The position numbers and the translations under genes are program-made. 64,000 bases of DNA from Camelus dromedarius (Eukaryota): assembly GCF_036321535.1 (NCBI RefSeq), contig NC_087447.1, positions 42,162,001 through 42,226,000 of the forward strand, given 5' to 3'. Below the pieces are notes generated by a model that did not search any database, was not told where the DNA came from, and was given only the letters and a program-made list of their open reading frames with translations. Positions 41,733-54,063 of the stretch are shown piece after piece; the stretch's first letter is position 1, and each line of letters starts with the position of its first letter.

Positions 41733-41924
41733 CAGTGGTTCTCAGTATGTGGTCCCCAGACTAGTAGCACCAGAATCACTGAAAACTGGGAAGAAATGTC
41801 AAGTCTCAGGCCTCACTGCAGACCTCCTGAATCAGAAAGTCTGCGGGTAGGGCCCAGCAGTCTGTGTTTTAACAAGCCCTGCGGGGGGCCTGATGCTGTG
41901 CCCAGTCAAGTTTGAGCAGCGCTG
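41733..41924. mobile_element. MER5A hAT MITE
   Basis: cagtggttctca..gtggtcccca...gaatcagaa.ctgcgggt.gggcccagcagtctgtgttttaacaagccct...aagtttgag. Confidence 0.85.
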
Positions 41925-42089
41925 CAATAAAGGGAAAGAGCAGGAGCTGGGAATAACTGTATCGGCAGACTAGAGAGTCTAAACTGGAAAACAGAGGAAG
42001 TAAAGGCACGAGGGACTGACCGATAGTGATAAATTGGTGGGTAGGGGGGTCAATGTCTTAGAATATTATGTAAAGAACTATAGCATGGC

Positions 42090-42325
42090 GTATTCATTTT
42101 CATGGCTGCTGTAACAAAGCACCACAAACTAAGTGGCTGGAAACAACACTCACTGACTATCTCATAGTTCTGTAGGTCAGAAGTACAAGGTACAATGTGG
42201 CTCAACTGGGTCCTCTGTTCAGGGTTTCATAAAGGCTGAAATCAGTGTGTTGGGTGGACTGAATTCCTTTCGGGAGAGTCTAGGGATAAATCCCCTGAGA
42301 TGATTCAGGTTGTTAACCAAAGTTC
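42090..42325 (-). mobile_element. MaLR LTR fragment (MLT1-family)
   Basis: gctgctgtaacaaagcaccacaaactaagtggc..aaacaacac..tctcatagttctgtaggtcagaagt. Confidence 0.7.
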
Positions 42326-43509
42326 CTGGAGGTAGAAGGTATGGATGGCGAAGTAGAAAAACCTGAGCTCACCTCCTCCCACAGGCACACAACTATCTAC
42401 AAGAACAACCTGAAGACTAGCAGAAAAGAGCCTGCATAGTTAAAGACAAAAGAAGGAATTACAATGACATGGGTAGGAGGGATGGAAACATAGTATAGTC
42501 AAGACACATTCCCCCAGGGAGGTGACCCACAAACGAGGGGACCATCACAACCGCAGGAGTTCTCCCTAAGGAGTGAGGGGTCTGAGCCATGCATCAGCCC
42601 AGAGGTACTGCACCAGGAAGATAAGCCCCTAGAATATCTGGCCTTGAAGGCCATTAGGGCTTGCGTTCAGAGAGCCAGAGGGCTGTAGGAAAGAGACTCC
42701 ACTTTTAAAGGGCATGTGCAAAATCTCACACGCTTTAATTCCCAGGGCAGAGGCTGTAATTTTAAAGGATCCTGGGTCAGACACACTTGCCGATCTTGGA
42801 GGGCCTCCTGGAAAGGCAGGAGGCAATTCAGATCCCCTAGGGACATAGATGCTAGAAGCAACCTATTTTGGGAACTTGTTCTACCACCAGGAACTGATGC
42901 AAGTGACATTTTGGAGTACTCCCTCTAGCTTATTAGCTATGGGGGCTTACTCACCCACCAGCTGGTCAGCACCAGTCCTGGGACCTCCAGACCTCACAGC
43001 CTGCCCCACCAGGACCTGGTCTTCCAATCAGCATGCCAGCACCATCCTCAGGCTTCCCAGGCTATCCAACCATCCGCACAAGGACCCATTCCCTCCCACC
43101 AGTGGGCTGACACAGCCCACACAGGGGGCACCCCTGGAGCATATAGCTCTGGTGACCACAGAGGCGTATGCTGCTGGGCCCCATAAGCCATCTCCTACAT
43201 AAGGCTACTTCTCCAAGATCAGGAAAGTAACCATCCTACCGAATACATAGAAATAAACACAGAGAATTAGGCCAAATGAGGAGACAGGAATATGTTCCAA
43301 ATGAAGGAACATGACAAATTCTCAGAAAAAGATCTAAGTGATGTGGAGATAAGCAATCTGGGTAGAAAAAGAATTCAAGGTAATGATCATAAAGATGCTC
43401 AGGAGAAGGGATGACATGATGAGAAATTTAACAAAGAGTTAGAAAATATAAAAAAGAAACAAACAGAACTGAAGAATACAATAACTGAAGTAAAAAATAC
43501 ACTAGAAGG

Positions 43510-46348
43510 GCGAGGGCGGAGGCGGCCCCGGCAGGCGCTAGGGGAGCGGGGCGGGCGGCCGGGCGGCCTCGGCCCCCCGGTAATCGCATCTCTTCCCAGC
43601 GTCTCATCCGCAGAGGGAGCAGTATGTCCGCGGAAGTCCCCGAAGGAGCCTCCGCGGAGGAGCAGAAGGAAATGGAAGATAAAGTGACTAGTCCAGAGAA
43701 AGCTGAAGAAGCAAAATTAAAAGCAAGATATCCTCATCTGGGGCAAAAGCCTGGAGGTTCAGATTTTTTAAGGAAACGGTTGCAGAAAGGGCAAAAATAT
43801 TTTGATTCTGGGGATTACAACATGGCTAAAGCAAAAATGAAGAACAAGCAGCTTCCTACTGCAGCCCCGGATAAGACAGAGGTCACTGGTGACCACATTC
43901 CCACTCCACAGGACCTTCCTCAGCAGAAACCATCTCTTGTTACTAGCAAGCTGGCTGGCTGGCTGATTAAAAGAGCTGAACTGCATGAATCTTCTAATTC
44001 CTGTTATTTCTCCTTACTATGTTACTTCTCTGCTTTTTATTTCCTTTCATTCACTAAGTCATTTGAGACTGACGGCTTTGCAGGTAGCGGTAGTGTGTGC
44101 TGCTATTGTAAAGTAATACACATGTGTAGGGTTTTTTATTAGTTTAACAGTGCACTGATGAAAAGAACATGTTAGAGCAACATAAAGTAATCAATCTACT
44201 TGAAAGTAATTGTATATATTACCTAACTCCTAGTGTAGGGCTGGTTCCAACAAGTAACAAGCAAGTTTTACAATTTTAATGTTTTGGCTTTCTTTAATTC
44301 ATCTTAATTACAGCTTTGTATGTTACTCTTATTTAATATAACCTCTATTGTATTGATTTCTTCTGTATTTTTCCTTTGGATTTTGTAAAACAGAAGTTTA
44401 AGACCACAAGTTAGAAGAAAGGTCACATATTTCAAACACATAGATGGGGCTCCGAAAGATTTGTATCCTGTGCTTGAACTTGAATGGCCTTAAATCTGTT
44501 TCAGCTTTAACAATAGAATTTTACTTGGGCAATATTTGCCCATTCTGGTGTAACTATGTGACTCTCGTGCTTAACAGCTGCCGTTGAAGCTAACATTCTT
44601 ATTCAGCTCTGTAGTGTTAGGATACCTTTTGTTGTTGAAGATGTGAATGAAGTGTGCATGTGCATTGACTGTTGAATTCACTTTTGTGCCATTTTTGTAA
44701 ATGTAATAGTTTTGCACAACCTCTCACAAATGTCTCTATTAATTTCACATATTAAAAAGTAGATGATGTGCCAACCAGAAGCACAAGAGTTCCTACACAA
44801 AACTCTGTATCTCATTAGAGCTTTTGTATAGAAAGTAGTTTACAGTCATGGGGTCATAGAATACCAAACTGAAATCTCTGCTCAGTCTGCCGCAGACGTA
44901 AGCTTTTCCATGCGTCACTAATAATCCATGACATCCAGTGGCCTTGTGTAAATACGACATGTTGCTTAGGCATATCTTTTGTCCTATGCAGAACACTTCA
45001 TTTTGACTTCTATGAAAATTATAATTCATGTAATTTATATAAACTTTTTTAATATAGAAACTTTTTACTTCCACAGTCAATTTTGGGGACACTAGAATAA
45101 AATACTTTGCCTCCTGTGGCCCCTTCCTCCTTTTTTTCCTGGCTTCTTTGACTCACATTGTGTTGGGCTGTGCTGTTCGGTCTATTCAGAAGCATACATG
45201 TCTGTTATCTTTACTCTTGAAGCCTGCTCTGCTGAATGCTGTATTTTCTAACACAGTAATGATATTTTCCTTAATAATTTCCCAGTTGTTAATTAACTAC
45301 TCTTAATCCTGAATTATTACTAATATTTGACAATTGTTTAAATAAAAGGAACTTTATAATGAAACAAATACTTGAGAAGACTGGCCCAGGAACCTATGTC
45401 AGGATGAGCTGGATTTTAAGTAATTATAATGAGCTAAGTGAATTAGGCTTGTGACAATTAGAGTAATTTACATGATAGGTGGAACATATGATAAATATTT
45501 AGGTGTTTTGCTTCTACAGATGTCAGTTTAATAAAATGTAATTTTAATTTTATTTGTAAAGAACTTGTGGTAACTCTAGTTAGTAAGAACTTTAACTAAC
45601 AGACTTTACTGGGACAAATTTACTGTTCTTTTAGGAGTAGTGCATCATACATACTGCAGCATGATGATAAGAATCCACAGCCTGAGATGATAGTATTTTT
45701 TCTTCATCTTTAACTTGGGCAGGGCCCCCCCCTATTTTGGATCCAGGCATCTTTTCTGGATCTTTGCTCCATTTGTACACCTGCTTTCCTGTGACCCCAA
45801 ATCGCCGTAGATGATGCCTTGCGCGTACATAGCGCCTGCACTTCCAGGCTGCCTGGTGCTCTGTGGAGCTTGCTGATTATCTTCCTGCTCCATCAGCTTA
45901 AAAGACAGAAAACAACAAAATCAGTAATATGCTAATTTGTTACAAGGATTGGTTATAAATAGATTTGTAATGGGAGTAGGGATATTCCAAAGTATGTTTA
46001 ATCATTGTAGGACTGATTTTAAGAATTACAAAATACCCCAAAGTAGAATTTCTGTAATGTTTAGTGGGTTTTTTTGGTTTTTTGTTTGTTTTTTTAATTA
46101 CTTTGCAAGCTATCACCATTAAATTCACATACACACCGAAGAAGATTAATCTGAAAGATGAGACCATGTTATTCTTGATTATGGTAGGATTCCTGCTGTG
46201 TTTCATGACAAGTGCTGTAATCTCTGCCCTTGTTTTAGTTTGTAAAATACAATGCTAATATTTAACCTACCTCAAAATTTGTTGAGGATCTGTGAAATAC
46301 TGAGTAAGTGCCCAAAATAAAATACTGTCACTGTCTTTTTATTAAAAA
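43510..46348 (+). pseudogene. ARPP19: Processed ARPP19 retrocopy (5' UTR, intronless CDS, about 2.4 kb 3' UTR, short poly(A))
   Basis: The intronless ORF matches cAMP-regulated phosphoprotein 19, including the KYFDSGDY motif. GC-rich 5' UTR at 43510-43623, AATAAA at 46316-46321, A-tail from 46344. 18-bp TSD AAAAAATACACTAGAAGG at 43492-43509 and 46349-46366. Confidence 0.96.
43624..44142 (+). CDS. ARPP19: Open 172-aa frame of the ARPP19 retrocopy (112-aa ARPP19 plus 60-aa read-through tail); expression unknown
   Basis: No internal stop in the 112 parental codons; the original TGA (43964-43966) is shifted out of frame. Confidence 0.3.
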   Translation: MSAEVPEGASAEEQKEMEDKVTSPEKAEEAKLKARYPHLGQKPGGSDFLRKRLQKGQKYFDSGDYNMAKAKMKNKQLPTAAPDKTEVTGDHIPTPQDLPQQKPSLVTSKLAGWLIKRAELHESSNSCYFSLLCYFSAFYFLSFTKSFETDGFAGSGSVCCYCKVIHMCRVFY

Positions 46349-46773
46349 AAAAAATACACTAGAAGGAATCAATAGTAGATGAGATGATACAGAGAAATGA
46401 ATCAGCCAACTGGAAGAGTAGTAGAAATCACCCAAGCTGAACAGAAAAAAGAATTTTTAAAACTGAGGATAGTTTAAGAGATCTCTGAGACAATATCTAG
46501 TGGACTAGCATTTGCATTTAGGGGTCCTGGAAGGAGAAGAGAGAAAGAAAGGTGCAGAGAACTTATTTGAAGAAACAATAGCTGAAAATTTTCCTACCCT
46601 AGGGAAGAAAACAGACATCCAAGTCCAGGAGGCACAAACAGTCCCACACAAGATGAACCCAAAGAGGTCCACACCAAGACACATTATAACTAAAATGGCA
46701 AAAATTAAAGATCAAGGGAGAATCTTAAAAGCAGCAAGAGAAAAGCGACTAGTTACATACAAAAGCACTCCCA

Positions 46774-46906
46774 TAAGCCTGTAATAACCTATTATGAAAA
46801 AGAATATTTTCATCACCAAATCACTATGTTGTGCCCCAGAAACTTACAGAACATTGTAAATCAACTATACTTCAATTTTCTAAAATTTAATTTAATTTAA
46901 TTTTTA
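46774..46906 (+). mobile_element. Short L1 3' end inserted in the host L1 ORF1
   Basis: Recurrent L1 tail; imperfect TSD aaaagcactccca (46761-46773) and aaaagaactccca (46907-46919). Confidence 0.75.
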
Positions 46907-48385
46907 AAAAGAACTCCCAGGCTGACTTTTCAGAAGAAACTTTGCAGGCCAGAAGGTTGCTGCCTGACATATTCAAAGTGGTGAGAAGCACAAACTACAA
47001 CCAAGAATACTCTACCCGGCAGGGCCATCATTCAGATTTGAAGGCGGGATAAAGAGTTTTACAGGCAAGTAAAAGCTAAGAGTTAAGTACCACTAAACTG
47101 GCTTTACAAGAAATGTAAAAGGGATTTTGCTAAGTGGAAAAGAAAAGACCACAACCGGAATTATGAAAATTATGAAAGGAAAAATCCCATTGGTAAAGGC
47201 AAACACACAACAAAGGCAGTAGATCAACCACTTATAAAGCAAGTAGGAAGGTTAAAAGACAAAAGTAGTAAAACCACCTATATCCACAATAAGTAATGAA
47301 AGGATACACAAAACAAAAAGATGTAAAATATGATGTCAAAAACATTAAACAATGGGAGGGGGCTGGGGCTGGTGCCGGGCTGTTAGAATGTGTTCAAACT
47401 TAGATTATCCATTCAAAATAATCATAGATTGTTATCTATAAACCTCATGGAAACCACAAACCAAAAACCTTTAATAGATACACACACACACACACAAGAG
47501 AAAGGAATTGAAATATAACACTAAAGATAGTCATCTAATCACAAGGGAAGAGAGTGAGAGAAGAAAGGAATAAAAAGAAACCACAAAAAGAATCAGAAAA
47601 CAATTAACAAAATGAGAATAGGGACATACTTGTCAATAATTACTTTAAATGTAAATGGGCTATAAGCTCCAATCAAAAGACACAGAGTGGATGAATGGAT
47701 AAAAACACAAGATCCATATATATACTGCCTACAAGAGACTCACTTTGGCTATAAAGACAGACACAAACTGAAAGTGAGGTGAGTGAGGTTTCAAACTATA
47801 CTACAAAGCTATAGTCTTCAAAACAGTGTGGTACTGGCACAAAAAACAGACACAGAGATCAATGGAACAGAATAGAGAGCCAGAGATGAACCTACACTGA
47901 TGTGGGCAATTAACCTATGACAAAGGAGGCAAAGAGTATACAGTGGGGGAAAACAGCCTTTTTAATAAGTGGTGCTGAGAAAACTGGACAGCTACATGCA
48001 AAAGTATCAAACTGGACTACTCTCTCACACCATGCACAAAAACAGATTCAAAATGAATTAAAGATTAAAATGTAAGAACTGAAACTTTTATAAAACTCTG
48101 AGAGGAAAGCATAGCCAATACATTCTTTCATATAAATGATAGCAGTATTTTTCAATATATCTCTCCAGGCAAGGGAAACAAAAGCAAAAATAAACAAATG
48201 AGACTATATCAAACTAAAAAGCTTGTGCACAGTGAAGAAAACTATCAACAAAATGAAAAGACAAGCCTCCTGAATGGGAGAAGATATTTGCAAATGATAT
48301 ATCCTATAAGGGGTTAATATCCAAAATATACAAAGAACTCCCACAACTCAATATTTTTAAAAAACCCAATTAAAAAATGGGCAGA

Positions 48386-48534
48386 GTGGGGTGAGAGTAG
48401 AGCTCAACTGGTAGAGTGCATGCTTAGCATGTACAGGGTCCTGGGTTCAATTCCCAGTAATTCCTCTAAAAACAGATAAATAAGTAAACCTAATTACCTC
48501 CCCATCAAAAAAAAAAAAAAAAAAAAAAGATTAA
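48386..48534 (+). mobile_element. tRNA-derived SINE (vic-1-like)
   Basis: agctcaactggtagagtgcatgcttagcatg..gtcctgggttcaattcccag, long A tail; aaaaaatgggca repeated on both flanks. Confidence 0.85.
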
Positions 48535-48653
48535 AAAAAATGGGCAAAGGACCTGAGCAGACATTTTCCCAAAGAAGACATACAGATGGCCAAAAAACAC
48601 ATGTAAAGATGCTCAACATGACTGATCATGGAAATACAAGTCAAAACCACAAT

Positions 48654-48743
48654 GGGGATGGGGCATGGGTATAGCTCAGTGGGTGAGCATGTGCGTAGCA
48701 TGCACGAAGTCCTAGGTTCAATCCCCTGTACCTCCATAAAGCG

Positions 48744-48784
<41 letters not shown>
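48654..48784 (+). mobile_element. tRNA-derived SINE (vic-1-like) with (CA)n tail
   Basis: gggtatagctcagtgg..gcatgcacgaagtcctaggttcaatcccc followed by (CA)n at about 48747-48784. Confidence 0.85.
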
Positions 48785-48787
<3 letters not shown>

Positions 48788-49127
48788 TAGATGTCACTTC
48801 ATACCTGTCAGAATGGCCATTGTCAAAAAGACAACAAACAAGAAGTGTTGCTGAGGATATTGAGAAAAAAGAAACTTTGTACACTGGTGGTGGGAATAAC
48901 AACTGGGGCAGCCCTCTGGAAAATAGTATGAAATTTCCTCAAAAAATTAAAAATAGAACTACCATACAATGTAGAAATTCCATTTCTGGGTATTTTTTCA
49001 AAGAAGACAAAAACACTAATTTGAAAAGATATATGCAACCCTATGTTCACTGCAGCATTATTTACAATAGGCAATATAATGGAACAACTTGAGTGCCCAT
49101 TGATAGATAAGTGGATTAATAAGATGT

Positions 49128-49154
49128 GATAGATAGATAGATAGATAGATGATA
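49128..49154. repeat. (GATA)n microsatellite
   Basis: Directly visible. Confidence 0.9.
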
Positions 49155-49391
49155 GTCAACTTGGAGGTAGAATTCACATGAGATACGTTTGCCATAGGGA
49201 AACACAACATGCTTATTGAAATTGAAATATGAAGACTGGACGATTAATTTGATAATATGCTGGGTTTGCCAATATTTTTATGGGGTAGACATTTCTCTTA
49301 AATCGAACGAGTCAAATCTCCAGCTCCAAGGTTTTAACAAATTATACTTCAAGCCCATGAGAAAAAAAAAGAATTTTATTTTTAAATTATA

Positions 49392-52300
49392 TTGTTAACC
49401 CCTGAACAATGTGGGGTTTAGAGGCGCCAACCCCCACCCACATAGTCAAAAATCGCATATAATTTTAATTCCCCCAAAACTTAACTACTCATAGCCTACT
49501 GTTGAAAGAGCCTTACCTATAACATAAATGGCTGATTAACACATATTTTGTATGTTATATGAATTATATGTTGTATTCTTACAATAAAGTAAGCTAGAGA
49601 AAAGAACGTGTTATTTGAAAGATCATAAGGAAGAGAAAACACATTTACAGTACTGTACTGTATTTATCCATATCATAAATTTACATTCCCTGTTAACAGA
49701 TGAATCATCTGTCAGTACTTTCATCAGTATTGTCTTATATGATACAAAACACTGTAGATGTTGTATTACTAGCACCAGACATGAAAAATGAAAAGATCAT
49801 GTGAAAATCACATTTATTTACAAGTATGACAATTCATGCACTGATAACAAAGAAACAGCAATATGACTGCTTTACAGTAGCCAGTGTAATTGATACAATT
49901 GCTTCACAATAGCCCAGCCTATACACTAATGAATGAATCATTATAAAATTTTTATGGTATATAGTATTACAGTCATTCATAACATAGTATTGGAAGCATT
50001 GCTACATTTAAAAAAAAAAAAAACACTTATCCAGAATGATAGGCTGATACCCAGTTTCTCCAATTATGAGAGAGAGATATACTGTATAGCAATGCAATTC
50101 TTGGAAAGCAAAATTATAAAACAGTAAGAAAACTAACACATTATTAACTTTATGTTAAATATCACTCGCTTGATGCTGGTGGAAGGAGAGGCTATCCTCT
50201 TCAATACCAGTCTTGCACACGATGTTCTACACGATGACTACGCAGGGGATGATGATGATGACACAAAAACATCTCATATGGTTCTTGCAGTGCAGTTGCT
50301 CAATTTTCATACAAAGACGCTCGCACACATACACAACAGATAAGTTTATTAATTGTACAGCATGATGATTAGTTACTATTCATTAAGTGGAAGTGGACCA
50401 TCATAAAGGCTTTCATCCTCGTCATCTTTACTCTGAGTAGGCTGAGGAGGAGGAGGAAGAAGAGAGGTTGGTCTTGCTGTCTCAGGGGTGGCAGAGGAGG
50501 AAGAGGTAGAGGAGGTGGAAGGGAGGCAGGAGAGGCAGGCACACTCCGTGTTACTTTAGGACAATACAACGTAATTCTGTCTGATGTTTTTGCTTTTTCA
50601 TGTCTCTAAAAATGTTTCTATATGGTACTAATCCTTCTTTCAGCATCCGCTTTAGTTTCAGTGCCCATGTCATACATAGAAGGGTCTATGGCATAAAAGA
50701 AGCCAAAAGCAGTCTAATTCATCGGAACACTTCTGCCAGATTCCCTAGTGTCAGTTTGTTTCGGCACTGCTGCTTCTTCCTCACCATCTGACACTGGTTC
50801 AGAAGCATGCATCTCCATCAAATCATCTTCTGTTCATTCCTCTCATGTGGTGTCTTGAATTCCTTGAATTTCTCCCAGATTCATATCTTGAAACCCTTCC
50901 CTCTCCCTCCTTTTTTGTCACATCCACAATCTCTTTCATGATTTCCTGGTTTGGCTCTGTCATAAATCCTGTGAAGTCATGTACAACATCTGGACACAGT
51001 TTTCTCCAGCCAGAACTTATTTGTCTGGGACTTGATGGCCACAGCATTTTTTTAGAACAATGATGGCCTCTTCAATGGTATAACCTTTCCAGACTTTCAT
51101 GATGTTCTCTCTGTGGGGGTTCTCTTCCATAGCACTGACAATTCTTTCCAGAGTACCATGTGTAAAGAGACTTAAGGGTCCATATGACCCCTTGATCTAG
51201 AGGCTGAATGAGAGACATTGTGTTTGGGGGCAAGGAGGCCACTTGGATGCCTTTGGTGTTGAAGTCATGGGGTTCTGGGTGGCCAGGGGCAATGTCCAAT
51301 ATCAAAAGAACTTTAAGGCAATCCCTTACTGGCAAGATACTTCTTCACTTCAGAGACAAAGCAACAAAGGAACCAATCCAGAAAAAGGGTTCTCGTTCAG
51401 ACCTTCTTGTTGTACAACCAAAAGACTGACAGCTGGTGTTTATGTTTTCCCTTCAAGGCTCAGGGGTTAGCAGCGCTATAGATAAGGATGGTCCTGGTCA
51501 TAAACCCCACTGCATTTGTGCAAAACAGGAGAGTTAGCCTAGCCCTTCCTGCCTTAAATTCTGGTGCTCACTTCCTTCCTTACTAATAAATGTCCTTTGT
51601 GGCTTTTTTTTTCCAGAATAGGGCACTTTTGTCTGCACTAAAACCTATTCAGGTGGCTATGCTTTCTCCTCAATGATTTTCTTTATAGCATCTGGGAACT
51701 TGTCTCCTGCCTCTGGTTGACAGAAGCTACTTCTCCTGTTGTTAAATTTTTTAAGCCAAACTTCTTTCTAAAATTATCCAACCATTCTTTACTGGCATAA
51801 ATTCTTTAGCCGTGGATCCTTCATATTCCTTTTGCTTTAAGTTGTCATGTAATGCCACATTTTCTTGAATCTTATCTGAGTTTATAGGTATGCCTTTTTT
51901 AAAAATTGAGATATAGTCAGTTTACAATGTTGTGTCAATTTCTGGTGTATAGCACAATGCTTCAGTCATACATGGATATACATATATTCAGTTTCATATT
52001 CTTTTTCACTATAAGCTACTACAAGATATTGAATATATTTCCCTGTGCTATATAGTATAAACTTGTTTATCTCTTTTATATATACCAGTCACTATCTGCA
52101 AATCTCAAACTCCCAGTTTATCCCTTCCTGCCCCTCTCCCTCTGGCAACCACAAGTCTGTATTCTATGTCTATGAGTCTCTTTCTGTTTTATATATATGT
52201 TCATTTGTCTTCTTTTTTTTTTTTTAAGATTCCACACATGAGTAATATCATATGGTATTTTTCTTTCTCTTTCTGGCTTACTTCACTTAGAATGACATTC

Positions 52301-53599
52301 TCCAGGGATACCCATGTTGCTGCAAATGGCATTATTTTATCGTTTTTTATGGCTGAGTAGTATTCCATTGTAAAAATATACCATAACTTCTTTATATAGT
52401 CATCTGTTGATGGACATTTAGGTTGTTTCCATGTCTTGGCTATTGTAAATAGTGCTGCTATGAACACTGGGGTGCAGGTGTCTTTCTGAATTAAGGTTCC
52501 CTTGGGATATATGCTCAGAAGTGGGACTGCTGGGTCATATGGTAAGTCTATTTTCAGTCTTTTGAGGAATCTCCATACTGTTTTCCACAATGGCTGCACC
52601 AAACTGCATTCCCACCAACAATGCCGGAGGGTTCCCTTTTCTCCACACCCTCTCCAGCATTTATCATTTGTGGACTTTTGAATGATGGCCAGGTATGCCT
52701 TTCTTACAGCAATTCTGGACCCATTTAAAAGCTGCACTTTCAGTACAAGATAAAAAGGAATTTCACAAAAAGTGCAAGGTTTTCGCTTCTGCTGGAGTAG
52801 CTGCAGCGATGGGCTTCACAAATTTCCTTTTCTTTTTTTTTTTTAAACAACTGTCCTTATGCTGAGTTCATTTGTCTTTAAATCATGGGCAACCACAGCT
52901 GCAGATCTCAATCTACAGTACACATCAAGCAATTCAGCTTTTTCTTGTAATGTCATGATTTTTCTCTGCTTCTTGGGAGCATTTCCGGCATCACTAATGG
53001 CACTTCGTATGGGTCCTATGAGGTTACTCAAGGTTTATAGCGTTGCACTAAATGTGATGAAAAATATGTGAGAACCATAAGAGATGACATTTTACTGAGA
53101 TATGTTATTTACTGGAGCGACGAACTGCTCATGGGGAGATGATTAGCTTCACACGGCATTTTAAGCAAGTATAACACCTGAGCTCACTGCAGTCACAACA
53201 GGATGTGGCTACAAAATTATTACAGTAGTATAGTATTACTACAGTTAATTTTATGCAGTTATGATTTAATACTGCATCTTTACATTTATTCACATTTCTT
53301 TGCACTGTGAATGGTGTCATGTATGGCCTGCATTTCTGCACCTAAATTCTGAGAAGTTTTAACTTTTTATAACAGATTTGTGTAAATTTTATGGTGGTAT
53401 ATGATAAAACAGACTAGAGTCTACATATATTTTATGCATTCATGACAAACCTAACTTTTAAAAAATATTTCAATATTTCTAGGCTGTGTGGTTTGAGAAT
53501 TTTTTCAAATTGTTGCAAATCTCCAAAAATTTTTCCAATGTATTTATTGAAAAAATCTGCAATTTTCAGTTCAAACCCATGTTGTTCAAAGGTCAGCTG
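49392..53599 (-). mobile_element. Near full-length Tigger2-family (pogo/TcMar) DNA transposon, degenerate
   Basis: TIRs ttgttaacccctgaacaa and ttgttcaaaggtcagctg with TA flanks (49390-49391, 53600-53601). CENP-B-like HTH remnant APKKQRKIMTLQEKAELLD (52843-53031) and DDE remnant VLLILDIAPGHP..LPPNTMSLIQPLDQGVI (51072-51335). Confidence 0.88.
51898..52690 (-). mobile_element. 5'-truncated L1 inserted in Tigger2
   Basis: Open ORF2 C-terminal segment ([32 protein letters not shown]...), 3' UTR and T-rich tail; 12-bp TSD aggtatgccttt at 51886-51897 and 52691-52702. Confidence 0.92.
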
Positions 53600-54063
53600 T
53601 ATTTGCAAGGCATATTAAAATTAATATTTTTATGTTCCCAATTCTTTCTGAGTTTATTGGGTTAAATAGGGTGCCTCTGTTTGAAAAAATAAAAGATATA
53701 AGTAATATTAATTTGTTATGTTTTAGAAAAGCTTTGCTTGGTATGCTTCCCAGAAATTGAAAAGTGAACAATTCTAACTGGGTAACAACGCTTTTGAAAG
53801 TTAGGTAATTTCCAACTCTTCTGCTTTCAACAAAACTGAAAATTAAGTTGACAGGTGACAGATTAAAAAAAATTTTTATAATAGATTGCTATGTGATTTT
53901 TGGCATTTAATTCTGAAGGGGCTCAAATAATAGGGATAGTCTGCAATATCAAAACTCCTTCCATTCTCATGTTCTTATTTATGTGAGCAAGGTAATATTT
54001 AACCATCAATACATGGACTAAGAAAAACATAGGCCCACCCATCTCATTAAGAAAGACATTTTT

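Larger units (their letters stand above)
42330..49127 (+). mobile_element. Degenerate L1 with 5' UTR, ORF1 and partly deleted ORF2; host of the ARPP19 retrocopy, two SINEs and an L1 tail
   Basis: ORF1 remnant GVLEGEERKKGAENLFEETIAENFP..PRHIITKMAKIKD (46512-46784). ORF2 start at 47612 (MRIGTYLSIITLNVNGL..IYCLQETH) and C-terminal remnants FKLYYKAIV..TVWYWHK. The ORF1 sequence is continuous across the retrocopy TSD. Confidence 0.88.

Noticed and set aside
52201..52737. 178-aa ORF
   Set aside because: C-terminus of L1 ORF2 in a 5'-truncated copy; not an independent gene.
50823..53031. Possible domesticated TIGD-like transposase gene
   Set aside because: The frame is broken by multiple stops and frameshifts and by an L1 insertion; intact TIRs show it is a fossil transposon.
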